A DNA stretch of 64,000 bases from Frankiaceae bacterium. GTDB lineage: Bacteria; Actinomycetota; Actinomycetes; Mycobacteriales; SCTD01. The notes below the pieces were generated by a model. That model was not told where the DNA came from. It saw only the letters and a list, made by a program, of their open reading frames with translations, and did no database searches. Shown piece after piece: positions 16,903 to 27,565 of this stretch. The DNA lies in NCBI GenBank assembly GCA_016650445.1, contig JAENVS010000017.1, positions 8,076 to 72,075 of the forward strand. Reading direction: 5' to 3'. Each line of letters begins with the position of its first letter. Within the stretch, counting starts at the first letter, position 1. The position numbers and the translations under genes are program-made.

Positions 16903-17037
16903 TCAGAGGGCGAGCGAGAACACGTGCGCGACCGCGCGGAAGACGGCGAGCGCGATCACGGGTCCCGCCAGCAGCAGCGCGACGAGACCGGCCAGCAGGC
17001 GGATGCGCAGGTTCGGCTCACCCCGCCTGTTTCGCAT
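16903..17037 (-). CDS. candidate small hydrophobic protein (44 aa), below the ORF-track length cutoff
   Basis: Hand translation gives MRNRRGEPNLRIRLLAGLVALLLAGPVIALAVFRAVAHVFSLAL. Third-position G/C is about 90 percent. It has one TM helix after a basic N-terminus. The RBS is weak. Confidence 0.3.
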   Translation of the reverse strand: MRNRRGEPNLRIRLLAGLVALLLAGPVIALAVFRAVAHVFSLAL

Positions 17038-17198
17038 CGCGCTCAGCACCGGCTCAGGATCCCACGCGCCATGTTGATCGACGCGGCTTTCAGCGGTTTC
17101 TGCGACCGCGCAACCCGCTCTTCGCCCCGTGGATCAACAGCGACGGCCGCGCGGGCGGGCCCCCAGCCGCCAGGCTGGCGTCGTATCGGAGAAATGTT

Positions 17199-17219
17199 CT
17201 TGAGTCGGGAACACTCAAG
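17199..17219. promoter_or_regulatory. HAIR (HspR-associated inverted repeat) operator upstream of dnaK
   Basis: CTTGAGT-CGGGAAC-ACTCAAG matches the consensus CTTGAGT-N7-ACTCAAG exactly. It lies 72 nt upstream of the dnaK ATG, and hspR closes the operon. Confidence 0.85.
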
Positions 17220-17290
17220 GACGGGGGAGCTTTGTATAGGATGAGCCCCACAGGCTCAACCCACGTCCCCACACGCAAGGAGCACCCTCC

Positions 17291-19147
17291 ATGGCACGTG
17301 CAGTCGGCATCGACCTCGGCACCACCAACTCTGTCGTGAGCGTTCTCGAGGGCGGCGAGCCGACCGTGATCGCCAACGCCGAGGGTGCCCGCACTACCCC
17401 CTCGATCGTCGCCTTCGCCAAGAACGGCGAGGTCCTCGTCGGCGAGGTCGCCAAGCGGCAGGCGGTCACCAACGTCGACCGCACCGTCCGCTCCGTGAAG
17501 CGCCACATGGGCGAGGACTGGAAGGTCTCGATCGACGGCAAGGACTTCACGCCCCAGCAGATCAGCGCCTTCATCCTGCAGAAGCTCAAGCGGGATGCGG
17601 AGGCCTACCTCGGCGAGCCGGTCACCGACGCGGTGATCACCGTCCCGGCGTACTTCTCCGACCACGAGCGGCAGGCCACGAAGGAGGCGGGCGACGTCGC
17701 GGGCCTCAACGTCCTGCGCATCGTCAACGAGCCCACTGCGGCCGCGCTTGCCTACGGCCTCGACAAGGGCGACAAGGAGCAGACGATCCTGGTCTTCGAC
17801 CTCGGTGGTGGCACGTTCGACGTGTCGCTGCTCGAGATCGGTGACGGCGTCATCGAGGTCAAGGCCACCTCTGGCGACAACAAGCTCGGCGGTGACGACT
17901 GGGACCAGCGCGTCGTCGAGCACCTGGTCAAGCAGTTCGAGCTGAGCAACAACGGCATCGACCTGTCGGGCGACAAGATGGCGATGCAGCGCCTGCGTGA
18001 AGCGGCGGAGAAGGCCAAGATCGAGCTGAGCGCGTCGCAGAGCACCACCATCAACCTGCCGTACATCACGGCCAGCTCCGACGGCCCGCTGCACCTCGAC
18101 GTCACCCTGACGCGCGCCGAGTTCCAGCGCATGACGCAGGACCTGCTCGACCGCTGCAAGGGCCCGTTCCAGCAGGCCATCAAGGACGCCGGTGTGGCGT
18201 TGTCCGCGCTCGAGCACGTGGTGCTCGTCGGTGGCTCGACCCGCATGCCGGCCGTCTCCGACCTCGTGCGCGAGCTGACCGGCGGCAAGGAGCCCAACAA
18301 GGGTGTCAACCCGGATGAGGTCGTCGCCATCGGCGCGGCTCTGCAGGCCGGCGTCCTCAAGGGCGAGGTCAAGGACGTCCTGCTCCTCGACGTCACCCCG
18401 CTGTCCCTCGGCATCGAGACCAAGGGCGGCATCATGACCAAGCTGATCGAGCGCAACACCACGATCCCGACGAAGCGCTCCGAGGTCTTCACGACGGCCG
18501 ACGACAACCAGCCGTCGGTGCAGATCCAGGTCTTCCAGGGCGAGCGCGAGATGGCGGCGTACAACAAGAAGCTCGGCATGTTCGAGCTGACCGGGCTGCC
18601 GCCGGCACCGCGCGGCGTCCCGCAGATCGAGGTCGTCTTCGACATCGACGCCAACGGCATCGTGCACGTGTCCGCGAAGGACCTCGGCACCGGCAAGGAG
18701 CAGTCGATGACGATCACCGGCGGCTCGGCGCTGCCGAAGGACGACATCGAGCGGATGATGCGCGAGGCCGAGGAGTACGCCGACGAGGACAAGAAGCGTC
18801 GCGAGGAGGCGGAGACCCGCAACCAGGCCGAGGGCCTCGTCTACACGACCGAGAAGTTCCTCGGCGAGAACGGCGACAAGCTCCCGGCCGAGGGCAAGGC
18901 CGAGGTCGAGGGCCTGCTGACCGACCTCAAGTCGGTGCTCGGCGGCAGCGACGTCACGGCGATCCGCACCACGTCGGAGGAGCTGGCGCGCAAGTCCCAG
19001 GAGCTGGGCGCGGCGCTGTACTCGCAGCAGTCGGCAGAGGGCGCGCCCACCGGTGACACCGCGGGTCCGTCCGACGAGGGCGTCGTCGACGCCGAGATCG
19101 TCGACGAGCCGGTCGTCGATGAGGACGACAGCAAGGGTGCCGCATGA
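17291..19147 (+). CDS. dnaK: molecular chaperone DnaK (Hsp70)
   Basis: 618 aa. Motifs: [27 protein letters not shown], and an acidic C-terminal tail. Confidence 0.98.
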   Translation: MARAVGIDLGTTNSVVSVLEGGEPTVIANAEGARTTPSIVAFAKNGEVLVGEVAKRQAVTNVDRTVRSVKRHMGEDWKVSIDGKDFTPQQISAFILQKLKRDAEAYLGEPVTDAVITVPAYFSDHERQATKEAGDVAGLNVLRIVNEPTAAALAYGLDKGDKEQTILVFDLGGGTFDVSLLEIGDGVIEVKATSGDNKLGGDDWDQRVVEHLVKQFELSNNGIDLSGDKMAMQRLREAAEKAKIELSASQSTTINLPYITASSDGPLHLDVTLTRAEFQRMTQDLLDRCKGPFQQAIKDAGVALSALEHVVLVGGSTRMPAVSDLVRELTGGKEPNKGVNPDEVVAIGAALQAGVLKGEVKDVLLLDVTPLSLGIETKGGIMTKLIERNTTIPTKRSEVFTTADDNQPSVQIQVFQGEREMAAYNKKLGMFELTGLPPAPRGVPQIEVVFDIDANGIVHVSAKDLGTGKEQSMTITGGSALPKDDIERMMREAEEYADEDKKRREEAETRNQAEGLVYTTEKFLGENGDKLPAEGKAEVEGLLTDLKSVLGGSDVTAIRTTSEELARKSQELGAALYSQQSAEGAPTGDTAGPSDEGVVDAEIVDEPVVDEDDSKGAA

Positions 19148-19226
19148 GCGGAGCATGCGCGCAGCGCCCCGCGACGAAGGAGCGGGCGTGCTGCGGGCTT
19201 GAGAAGCGAAGCTTGGATGTGATCGC

Positions 19227-19853
19227 ATGACGGCACCCGAGGGCGAGTTCGACCCGGAGCGCGTCGTCGTCCGCGACAAGCGGCGCATCGACCCCGTCAG
19301 CGGTGAGGTCCGCGAGGCACACATCGTGGACGGCTCCGTCGCGGTTGACGAGCGCGCGGAGGAGGAGGCGGCCGGCGATGCGCTGGCCGCCGACCTCGAC
19401 CGCGTCGCGGTCGAGCTGACGGCTGACCTACAGCGGGTCCAGGCGGAGTACGCCAACTACCGCAAGCGGGTCGACCGTGACCGCGCGCTCGTCGTCGAGA
19501 TGGCGACGGCGGGACTGCTCGCGGAGCTGCTGCCGCTGCTCGACGCTGTCGAACGAGCACGTCAGCACGGTGACCTCGACGGCGCGTTCAAGAGCGTCGG
19601 CGAGGGCATCGAGGCGGTCGCCACGAAGCACCGCCTCGAGCGGTTCGGCGAGGTGGGTGAGCCGTTCGACCCCGCGATACACGAGGCGCTCATGACGGCC
19701 GAGCCGACCGCCGACAGCGAGGTCGCGGTCTGCGCGCAGGTGCTGCAGCCTGGCTACCGCCTGGCGTCGGGCCGGGTCCTGCGCCCGGCCCGCGTCGCGG
19801 TGTCGGAGCCGGCAGCGGCCGAGCCCGTCGTACCGGAAATGCCTGAGACGTAA
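19227..19853 (+). CDS. grpE: nucleotide exchange factor GrpE
   Basis: 208 aa. Contains LQRVQAEYANYRKRVDRD and LLPLLDAVERA, and sits between dnaK and dnaJ. Confidence 0.93.
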   Translation: MTAPEGEFDPERVVVRDKRRIDPVSGEVREAHIVDGSVAVDERAEEEAAGDALAADLDRVAVELTADLQRVQAEYANYRKRVDRDRALVVEMATAGLLAELLPLLDAVERARQHGDLDGAFKSVGEGIEAVATKHRLERFGEVGEPFDPAIHEALMTAEPTADSEVAVCAQVLQPGYRLASGRVLRPARVAVSEPAAAEPVVPEMPET

Positions 19854-19871
19854 GGGAAGGAGGGACGCCGC

Positions 19872-21019
<1,148 letters not shown>

Positions 21020-21023
<4 letters not shown>

Positions 21024-21421
21024 TCGAGGACGACGCCGCGGTCTTCGTCATCTCCGTGGCCGCATCACTGGCCGGCATGCACCCGCAGACCCTGCGGCAG
21101 TACGACCGCCTCGGACTCGTCACGCCGACCCGCTCCGGCGGTGGTGGGCGTCGCTACTCCGCGCGCGATGTGGCGCTCCTCCGGGAGGTGCAGCGGCTCT
21201 CGCAGGAGGAGGGCGTCAACCTGGCCGGCATCAAGCGGATCATCGAGCTCGAGCATCACGTCGAGGCGCTTCAGCAGCGCCTCGTCGAGGTGACGGCCGA
21301 GCTCGAGCAGACGCGTACGGCGGTGGCCCACGCGCACAGCAACGCCGTCGCCAGTCTGCGTCGTGACCTCGTACCGCTGCGCGACAGCGCCCTCGTCGTG
21401 TGGAAGCCCGACCGGGGCTGA
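21020..21421 (+). CDS. hspR: MerR-family heat-shock repressor HspR
   Basis: 133 aa. MerR HTH is [29 protein letters not shown]. It overlaps the dnaJ stop and is the last gene of the dnaK operon, as in Streptomyces and Mycobacterium. Confidence 0.9.
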
Positions 21422-21422
21422 G

Positions 21423-21920
21423 TCAGTCGTCGCTCCCGCTTGTGTCGACGCGTCGCTCAACCAGCACGGGGGTGCGACTGCTGCAGCTGATCGCGAGCCG
21501 AACCCGCGTGCGACCCTGCTCGAAGCGCACCTCGAGGACGCCGGCCTCCACCGAGGTCTCGTCCAAGACGTAGCCCTGCGCGGGCGTGGCGAAGACCCGC
21601 TCGGCCACGGTGCCACGGCAGCGCACGCCGACCGTGCCGCCCTGGGAGCTGAAGGACCGCGGCACGGTCGGGGCCGGCGTGGTCGGCCGCGGCGATGCCG
21701 CCCGTATGGGTGTCGGCGACGGCGACGGCGTAGGCGACGCACGAGGGGTCTCGGTGAGCGCCGCCCCGACCTCCTTCGTGCTGAGCACCGGCGACGCCGG
21801 ATCGCCCACCTGCACGGCGACCAGGCGCACGGCGAGTACGCCGACGCCGGTCGCGACGACGACCGCGGCGAGCCAGAAGGCCAGCAGCAGGGGCGCGCGA
21901 CGGCGTACGGACATGAGCAC
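21423..21920 (-). CDS. hypothetical membrane-anchored protein with a Pro/Ser/Thr linker
   Basis: 165-aa ORF with an N-terminal TM (LLLAFWLAAVVVATGVGVLAV) and a PTPSPSPTP linker. No recognisable motif. Confidence 0.5.
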   Translation of the reverse strand: MLMSVRRRAPLLLAFWLAAVVVATGVGVLAVRLVAVQVGDPASPVLSTKEVGAALTETPRASPTPSPSPTPIRAASPRPTTPAPTVPRSFSSQGGTVGVRCRGTVAERVFATPAQGYVLDETSVEAGVLEVRFEQGRTRVRLAISCSSRTPVLVERRVDTSGSDD

Positions 21921-22015
21921 AGCCTGCCCCCAACGAGCTTCCGCCGTACCAAGCGCAGGTCAAGGGCGTCTCAAGAACTGATGGTCGAGCCGCCGGACGC
22001 GGCTACGGTCGTGCC

Positions 22016-22696
22016 GTGCCGCAGTTGCTGCTCGTGGAGGACGACCCGGCGATCCGGTCGGCCCTCGTCCGGGCGCTGTCCGAACGCGGGCACGGGGTCA
22101 CCACCGCCGCGACCGGGATGGCCGGCCTCCAGGCGGCGGTCGACGGACGGCCCGACCTGGTGGTGCTCGACCTCGGGCTGCCCGACGTCGACGGCTCGAC
22201 GCTGCTGAGCATGTTGCGGGCGGTCAGCGCCGTACCGGTCATCGTGGCAACCGCGCGCGACGACGAGAGGGAGGTCGTGCGCGCGCTGGACGCCGGCGCG
22301 GACGACTACATCGTCAAGCCCTTTTCCGCCGAGCAGCTCGACGCACGCATCCGTGCCGTGCTGCGGCGAGGCGGTGCCAGCGAACCTGCGGCGACGCTCG
22401 TCGTCGGGGGGCTCGTCGTCGACCCGCGGTCCCGCGAGGCGACTCTCGACGGTCGCACCCTCGAGCTGTCCCGGCTGGAGTTCGACCTGCTCGCGCACCT
22501 CGCGAGCAAGTCCGGTGAGGTGGTCACCAAGCGCGAGCTCCTCGCCGAGGTGTGGCACCAGCCGTACGGCGGCGCCGACAAGACCGTGGATGTGCACCTG
22601 TCCTGGCTGCGCCGCAAGCTGGGCGAGACAGCCAGTGACCCGCGCTACCTCATCAGCGTCCGCGGCGTGGGCGTGAAGCTCGTCGACCCGTCGTGA
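22016..22696 (+). CDS. OmpR/PhoB-family response regulator
   Basis: 226 aa. Receiver domain is LLLVEDD...DLVVLDLGLPDVDG. The C-terminal winged helix carries VDVHLSWLRRKL. Confidence 0.93.
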   Translation: MPQLLLVEDDPAIRSALVRALSERGHGVTTAATGMAGLQAAVDGRPDLVVLDLGLPDVDGSTLLSMLRAVSAVPVIVATARDDEREVVRALDAGADDYIVKPFSAEQLDARIRAVLRRGGASEPAATLVVGGLVVDPRSREATLDGRTLELSRLEFDLLAHLASKSGEVVTKRELLAEVWHQPYGGADKTVDVHLSWLRRKLGETASDPRYLISVRGVGVKLVDPS

Positions 22697-23967
22697 GGCG
22701 TCAGGTCGCTCTGCTCGTCGCGGCGACGACGTCGCTCGTGCTCATCGCGTTCCTCGTCCCTCTCGGCCTGCTGCTCCGGACGTTGGCCGTTGACCGGGCA
22801 ACGGCCCAGGGTGTGCAGGAGGCCCAAGGACTGGCGGCGGTGGTCGCCCTGGTGCGCGACCCGACGCAGCTCGACCCGGTCGTCGAGCTGGCCGATCAGC
22901 GCAGTGAACGCGACGTCAGTGTCGTGCTGCCCGACGGTCGGGTGATCGGTGCGCCGTTGGTGGGCGCGTCCCGCCTTCTCGCGCTGGCCGCGAGCGGTCG
23001 GTCATTCACGGCCGACGTCGAGGGCGGCCGCGAGGTCTACGTGCCCGTCGACACGGAGCGGGGTCGGGCCGTCGTCCGGTCGTTCGTCCCGGGCGAGCTC
23101 CTGCACCGTGGCGTGGAGCGCGCCGTAGGCCTGCTCGTCGGCCTCGGCCTCGTGCTGCTGCTCGTCGGCATCCTCGTCGCCGATCGGCTGGCTCGCGGAA
23201 CCGTTCGGCCGGTGACGGCGCTGGCACGGGCGGCGCACGACCTCGCAGAAGGGGACCTGTCCGCACGCGTCGAGCCCGGTGGCCCGGCTGAGGTGCGGGA
23301 GGTGGGGGCGGCGGTCAATCAGCTCGGCCAGCGCATCGGCGAGCTGCTCGCTGCCGAGCGCGAGTCGGTGGCTGACCTCTCGCACCGGCTGCGCACGCCG
23401 CTGACGGCGCTCCGGCTCGATGCCGGCGGTCTGCAGGACCGCGATGAGGCCGACCGGATCACCGCTGGTGTGGAGTCCTTGGAGCGGACCGTCGACGAGG
23501 TCATCCGCAGTGCGCGACGGCCGATGCGCGAGGGCGTGCGCGCCGAGTGCGACGCCGTCGCCGTGGTGCGGGACCGGGTGGCGTTCTGGCAGGTGCTGGC
23601 CGAGGACCAGGACAGGCAGCTGCAGGTCGACCTCAGTCCCGGCCCGCTGCTCGTGCGTCTCGTCGCCGAGGACCTCGCCGCTGCTGTCGACGCACTTCTC
23701 GGCAACGTGTTCGCGCACACGCCGGAGGGTTCCTCCATCGACGTCGGGGTCGCGTTCTTGTACGACGGTGTTGTCGTCGAGGTGGCGGACCGCGGGCCGG
23801 GCTTGCCGCCAGCAGCGACCGAGCGCGGCCACAGCGGTGCCGGTTCGACCGGCCTCGGCATGGACATCGCCCGGCGCACGGCGGAAGCGGCCGGTGGCCG
23901 GCTGGTCCTGGCGGACCGGCCGGCCGGTGGCGCGCGGGTGGCGCTGGTGCTTCCGCTCGCGAGCTGA
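22693..23967 (+). CDS. sensor histidine kinase (2 TM, HAMP, HisKA, HATPase_c)
   Basis: 424 aa. The start overlaps the RR stop. H-box is SVADLSHRLRTPLTAL. G-boxes are DRGPGL and GSTGLGMDI. Confidence 0.92.
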   Translation: MRRQVALLVAATTSLVLIAFLVPLGLLLRTLAVDRATAQGVQEAQGLAAVVALVRDPTQLDPVVELADQRSERDVSVVLPDGRVIGAPLVGASRLLALAASGRSFTADVEGGREVYVPVDTERGRAVVRSFVPGELLHRGVERAVGLLVGLGLVLLLVGILVADRLARGTVRPVTALARAAHDLAEGDLSARVEPGGPAEVREVGAAVNQLGQRIGELLAAERESVADLSHRLRTPLTALRLDAGGLQDRDEADRITAGVESLERTVDEVIRSARRPMREGVRAECDAVAVVRDRVAFWQVLAEDQDRQLQVDLSPGPLLVRLVAEDLAAAVDALLGNVFAHTPEGSSIDVGVAFLYDGVVVEVADRGPGLPPAATERGHSGAGSTGLGMDIARRTAEAAGGRLVLADRPAGGARVALVLPLAS

Positions 23968-23982
23968 GCCCGGTCGCGAGGG

Positions 23983-24486
23983 TCAGCTGTCGCCGGACCC
24001 CTGATCCGCGGTGCCGTCATCGTCATCGCTGTGACCGCCGTCGTCGGCGTCGTCGTCGCCGTCCCGGTCGTCGGAGTCGTCGTGACCGGATCCGCTCCCG
24101 CTGGAGACGCTGTCGTCGCTGTCGTCCCGCCCGCTGCCGGAGCTGGTCGACCCGGGACCGCTGTTGTCGCTGTCGTCAGCGATCACGCCGCCGGCGTCTC
24201 CGCGGCCCTGGTCGGCGGTCCCGTCGTCGCCCCCGCCGTCCGCGCCGCTGACGTCGTCGCGCGCTGCCGGCTGCGGGACCGTGACCGGGACCGGCACAAC
24301 CGTGACGCACTCCGGGTCGTCGCTCGCGGGGTTGCTGCAGGTGTCGGGTGTCGCGGACGGCGTGGCGCCGACAGGCACGGTCGACGGTGCCGCGGCCGGT
24401 GCCTGCCGCACGGCGGCGTACGCCAGGCCGCCGAGGCCGGTGCCGAGGGCAAGGGTGGTGGTGACGGCGAGGATCTTGGTGCGCAT
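23983..24486 (-). CDS. secreted, extremely acidic Asp/Gly/Ser-rich low-complexity protein
   Basis: ATG 24486 (MRTKILAVTTTLALGTGLGGLAYA signal) is preceded by AGGAGG; the listed ORF starts further upstream at 24546. The C-terminal half has GTADQG(R/S)GD repeated and SGSGxDDSDD tracts. Confidence 0.6.
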   Translation of the reverse strand: MRTKILAVTTTLALGTGLGGLAYAAVRQAPAAAPSTVPVGATPSATPDTCSNPASDDPECVTVVPVPVTVPQPAARDDVSGADGGGDDGTADQGRGDAGGVIADDSDNSGPGSTSSGSGRDDSDDSVSSGSGSGHDDSDDRDGDDDADDGGHSDDDDGTADQGSGDS

Positions 24487-24562
24487 CTGGTGCCTCCTGT
24501 AGGTGAGGTCGCCAGGCTCGCTCGCCGCACCCTGTGTGCACCCCACGCCGAGGTGAAGTCGC

Positions 24563-24593
24563 CGCTAAGACACGGCTTGGCCCAGTCTTAGCG
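24563..24593. promoter_or_regulatory. 9-bp perfect inverted repeat CGCTAAGAC-N13-GTCTTAGCG in a divergent promoter region
   Basis: Direct reading gives arms at 24563-24571 and 24585-24593, between the acidic-protein gene and the ApbE operon. The function is only inferred. Confidence 0.3.
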
Positions 24594-24637
24594 CAGACGA
24601 GGGAAGCGCCTTACCGACATCTGTCGATGCTGCCGTC

Positions 24638-24994
24638 ATGACCCCGCGCACTCTCGCCAGAGACACCTTGCTGCGCCGCGCGTCGAGCCTGTCCGCCGCC
24701 CTTGCTGTTGCGGCACTGGGCGCGACCGGTGCCGTCCTCGGTGTCCTCGCCACACCACCGCCGGTCGGAGCCGCGGCCGCGACCACCGCCGCGCCGCCGG
24801 CTGTTGCGACATCGCCGTCGCCTCGACCCAAGCGCATCGTCTACGTGCGCGTGCCGATCTCGGCTGCAAGCGCGCCGGCGCGGGCGCTGCAGAAGGCCAA
24901 GGCGGTACGCCGGAGGGCGGCTCCGGTGCGCCCGGCTCCTGTTGCTCCGAGGCGGGTCAGCGCACCCGCGGTCACCACGTCGAGCGGGTCATGA
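24638..24994 (+). CDS. single-pass membrane protein with a Pro/Ala-rich ectodomain (first gene of the ApbE operon)
   Basis: 118 aa. TM is LSAALAVAALGATGAVLGVL. The stop overlaps the ApbE start (TCATGA). Confidence 0.5.
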   Translation: MTPRTLARDTLLRRASSLSAALAVAALGATGAVLGVLATPPPVGAAAATTAAPPAVATSPSPRPKRIVYVRVPISAASAPARALQKAKAVRRRAAPVRPAPVAPRRVSAPAVTTSSGS

Positions 24995-25833
24995 TCGGCG
25001 AGCGCTGGCGTGCCCTCGGCACCGACGTGCACGTGCTGGTGTCCGATCGGCGAGCACTGCGTGAGGCGGCTGACCTTGTCGCCCGGCAGCTCGTCGAGCT
25101 CGACGACGCCTGCAGCCGGTTCCGCGACAGCGAGCTGACCCGCTTGTGCCCGGGCTCGCAGCGCGTGGGCCCCGTGCTCGCCGGCGCCGTCGCTGCGGCG
25201 TTGGCGGCCGCCGCCCGGACTGACGGGCTGGTGGACCCGACGCTCGGGCGCGCCCTCGTCATGGCGGGCTACGACAGGACGTTCGACGCCCTGCCCGACG
25301 ATGGCGAGCCGGCGCTCCCCGGACCCGCCGGCCGGTGGCGGGACGTGCACCTCGACGGCGACGTGCTCGAGCTGCCCGACGTCGAGCTCGACCTCGGTGC
25401 CACGGCGAAGGCGTGGGCTGCCGACCTGGCGGCGGCGACGATCACCGAGCGGCTGGGTGTGCACGCGCTCGTCAACCTCGGTGGTGACCTGGCGGTCTCG
25501 GGCGGGTCGTGGACGGTCTCGGTCGGCGACCCCGGCGGCCCCTGCGAGGTGGTCGAGGTCACCAGCGGGCTCGCGACGTCGAGCACGACGCGGCGGACCT
25601 GGCGGCGCGGCGGGCGCCGCCAGCACCACGTGCTGGATCCTCGGACGGGCTCGCCGGCTCCGGCGTACTGGCAGACGGTCACGGTCGCCGCGGCGACGTG
25701 CGTCGAGGCGAACACGGCATCCACCGCAGCGATCGTGCTCGGTGCCGCCGCGCCCGCGTGGCTCGGCGACCTGCCGTCGCGACTGGTCGATGCAGCCGGC
25801 CGGGTCACCTACCTCGGGGGGTGGGCGGCGTGA
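24991..25833 (+). CDS. apbE: FAD:protein FMN transferase (ApbE family)
   Basis: 280 aa. Contains ALGTDVHV, LDLGATAKAWAAD, HHVLDPRTG and ANTASTAAIVLG, which are typical ApbE blocks. Confidence 0.8.
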   Translation: MIGERWRALGTDVHVLVSDRRALREAADLVARQLVELDDACSRFRDSELTRLCPGSQRVGPVLAGAVAAALAAAARTDGLVDPTLGRALVMAGYDRTFDALPDDGEPALPGPAGRWRDVHLDGDVLELPDVELDLGATAKAWAADLAAATITERLGVHALVNLGGDLAVSGGSWTVSVGDPGGPCEVVEVTSGLATSSTTRRTWRRGGRRQHHVLDPRTGSPAPAYWQTVTVAAATCVEANTASTAAIVLGAAAPAWLGDLPSRLVDAAGRVTYLGGWAA

Positions 25834-26402
25834 TGCTGTGGTGGATCGCGCGTGCAACGTCGCTGGTCGCGCTGGTGCTGCTGACGCTGACGCTCGCCCT
25901 GGGGATCGCCGCCGGTGCCGGTAGACCGCAGACGCGCGTCCTCGTGCAGGCGGTCCACCGCAACGCCTCCATGCTCGCGGTCGTGCTGATCGGCATGCAC
26001 GTCGCGACACTGGTCGTCGACCCGCACGTCGACCTCGGTCTCGTCGACCTGCTCGTCCCCTTCGGTAGCGAGTTCCACCGCGTCGCCACCGGCCTCGGCA
26101 CGATCGCTCTGGACCTGGTCATCACCGTCGCGGTCACCAGCGCCCTGCGGACGCGACTCGGCGGGCGGACCTGGCGCGCGGTGCACGCCTTGGCCTACGC
26201 GATGTGGCCGATCGCCGCGCTGCACGGCCTCGGCGCCGGCACCGACGTTGTCGCCGTCCGGTGGCTCACGGTCGCATGTGCAGCGGTCGTCGGGATGGGT
26301 GTCGCCTGGCGACTGACGCGAGCACGCAGCCGCACAGCGTCCGTGCTCGCCGTCGCCGGGCTGGCCGTCACCGGAGCCCTGGCAGGGGTGGTGCTGGCAT
26401 GA
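25833..26402 (+). CDS. ferric-reductase/MsrQ-type di-heme transmembrane protein
   Basis: 189 aa with about 6 TM helices. Two His pairs are spaced 14 and 13 residues (HRNASMLAVVLIGMH; HALAYAMWPIAALH). ATG 25833 overlaps the ApbE stop (TGATG). Confidence 0.7.
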   Translation: MLWWIARATSLVALVLLTLTLALGIAAGAGRPQTRVLVQAVHRNASMLAVVLIGMHVATLVVDPHVDLGLVDLLVPFGSEFHRVATGLGTIALDLVITVAVTSALRTRLGGRTWRAVHALAYAMWPIAALHGLGAGTDVVAVRWLTVACAAVVGMGVAWRLTRARSRTASVLAVAGLAVTGALAGVVLA

Positions 26403-27565
26403 CCACCCTGACCGCAGGTCGGCTGCTCGCGCCGGCTCCGCACTGGTCCGACCACATCACCCGGCACGGGTTGCTGCCGTCGCTCACCGCCGCCCAGCTG
26501 CTCGATGCGGCCGACGCCGTCGACGTGGGCGGGCGGGGCGGCGGCGGCTTCCCGCTCAGCCGCAAGCTGCGCGCCGCCGCCGAGCACGGACGCGGCACGG
26601 TCATCGGCAACTGCGCAGAGGGCGAACCAGCCAGCCACAAGGACGACGCGCTGCTCGACGCGACACCCCACCTGGTCATCGACGGCCTGCTGCTCGCGGC
26701 TCGCGCGACGAACGCCCGGCGGGTCGTCCTGGCCGCGCACGAGGGGACCGCCGCTCGGCGACTCCGCTCCGCACTCGGTCAGCGCGACGACGTCGGTCGC
26801 GTCGAGGTGCTCGAGCTGCCGCACCGTTACGTCGCCGGCGAGGCGTCGGCATTGGTGCGAGCCCTCAACGGCGGGCCGTCCCTGCCGCAGCAGCGACGAG
26901 CGCCGCTCGCGACCGGTCGTCGGCCGCACCTCGTGCAGAACGCGGAAACCCTTGCCTGCCTGGCGCTGCTGGCACGCGGTCACCGAGTGGACACGTCTCT
27001 TGTCACCATGGGTGGCGCCGTCGTACAGCCCGGTGTGCTGGAGGTGGGCGGGGGGACGACGGTCCGGGAAGCCGTCCGCCAGGCCGGGGGCTACCTCGAG
27101 CCGGTGCAGGCGATGCTCGTGGGCGGCTACTTCGGTCGTTGGCTTGCGGCGGACCTCGCCCTCGACGCTCCGCTCACCCTCGAGGGGATGCGTGCGGTCG
27201 GCGGCAGCCTCGGCGCGGGCATCGTCCTCGCGCTGCCGTCGTCGGCATGCGGTCTCGCCGCCACCGCCGAGGTGCTGCGCTACCTCGCTGACCAGAGCGC
27301 GCGGCAGTGCGGCCCCTGCCTCAACGGTCTGCCGGCGATGGCGTCCGCCCTCGAGCGGCTGGCCGCCGGTGACCCGCCGCCCGACGTTGCCGCGCAGCTG
27401 GAGCGATGGGCTGATCTGGTCCGCGGACGCGGTGCGTGTGCGCATCCGGACGGCGCCGCTGCGCTGCTGACGAGTGCGCTGCAGGTCTTCGCGACCGACG
27501 TCGAGCAGCACCTGACCCGTCCCTGCGGCCGGCCTGCGGGGCGCTGGCTGGAGGTGCCGCGATGA
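26399..27565 (+). CDS. NuoF-like (complex I 51-kDa family) NAD(P)H-binding FMN/Fe-S protein
   Basis: 388 aa. Contains GGRGGGGFPLSRKL (compare the NuoF motif GRGGAGFPTG), NCAEGEP, and an Fe-S cysteine cluster region QCGPCLNG...GACAHPDG. There is an ATGA overlap with the previous gene. Confidence 0.7.
   Translation: MTTLTAGRLLAPAPHWSDHITRHGLLPSLTAAQLLDAADAVDVGGRGGGGFPLSRKLRAAAEHGRGTVIGNCAEGEPASHKDDALLDATPHLVIDGLLLAARATNARRVVLAAHEGTAARRLRSALGQRDDVGRVEVLELPHRYVAGEASALVRALNGGPSLPQQRRAPLATGRRPHLVQNAETLACLALLARGHRVDTSLVTMGGAVVQPGVLEVGGGTTVREAVRQAGGYLEPVQAMLVGGYFGRWLAADLALDAPLTLEGMRAVGGSLGAGIVLALPSSACGLAATAEVLRYLADQSARQCGPCLNGLPAMASALERLAAGDPPPDVAAQLERWADLVRGRGACAHPDGAAALLTSALQVFATDVEQHLTRPCGRPAGRWLEVPR

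Noticed and set aside
16841-17244. Plus-strand ORFs 16841..17077 and 16924..17244 upstream of dnaK
   Set aside because: Their translations are Arg/Ser/Thr-rich with no motif. They overlap the better-supported minus-strand small ORF and the HAIR operator and promoter region.
17090-19456. 788-aa minus-strand ORF antisense to dnaK
   Set aside because: The composition is junk-like (runs of R, L, D, G, V). dnaK on the plus strand is certain.
24972-24994. C-terminal ...VTTSSGS of the 118-aa protein as a possible ApbE flavinylation motif
   Set aside because: It resembles [ST]GA[ST] only loosely. It lacks the fourth residue because the protein ends there, and it is not embedded in an FMN_bind fold. 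This is too weak to claim, so the acceptor remains unknown.
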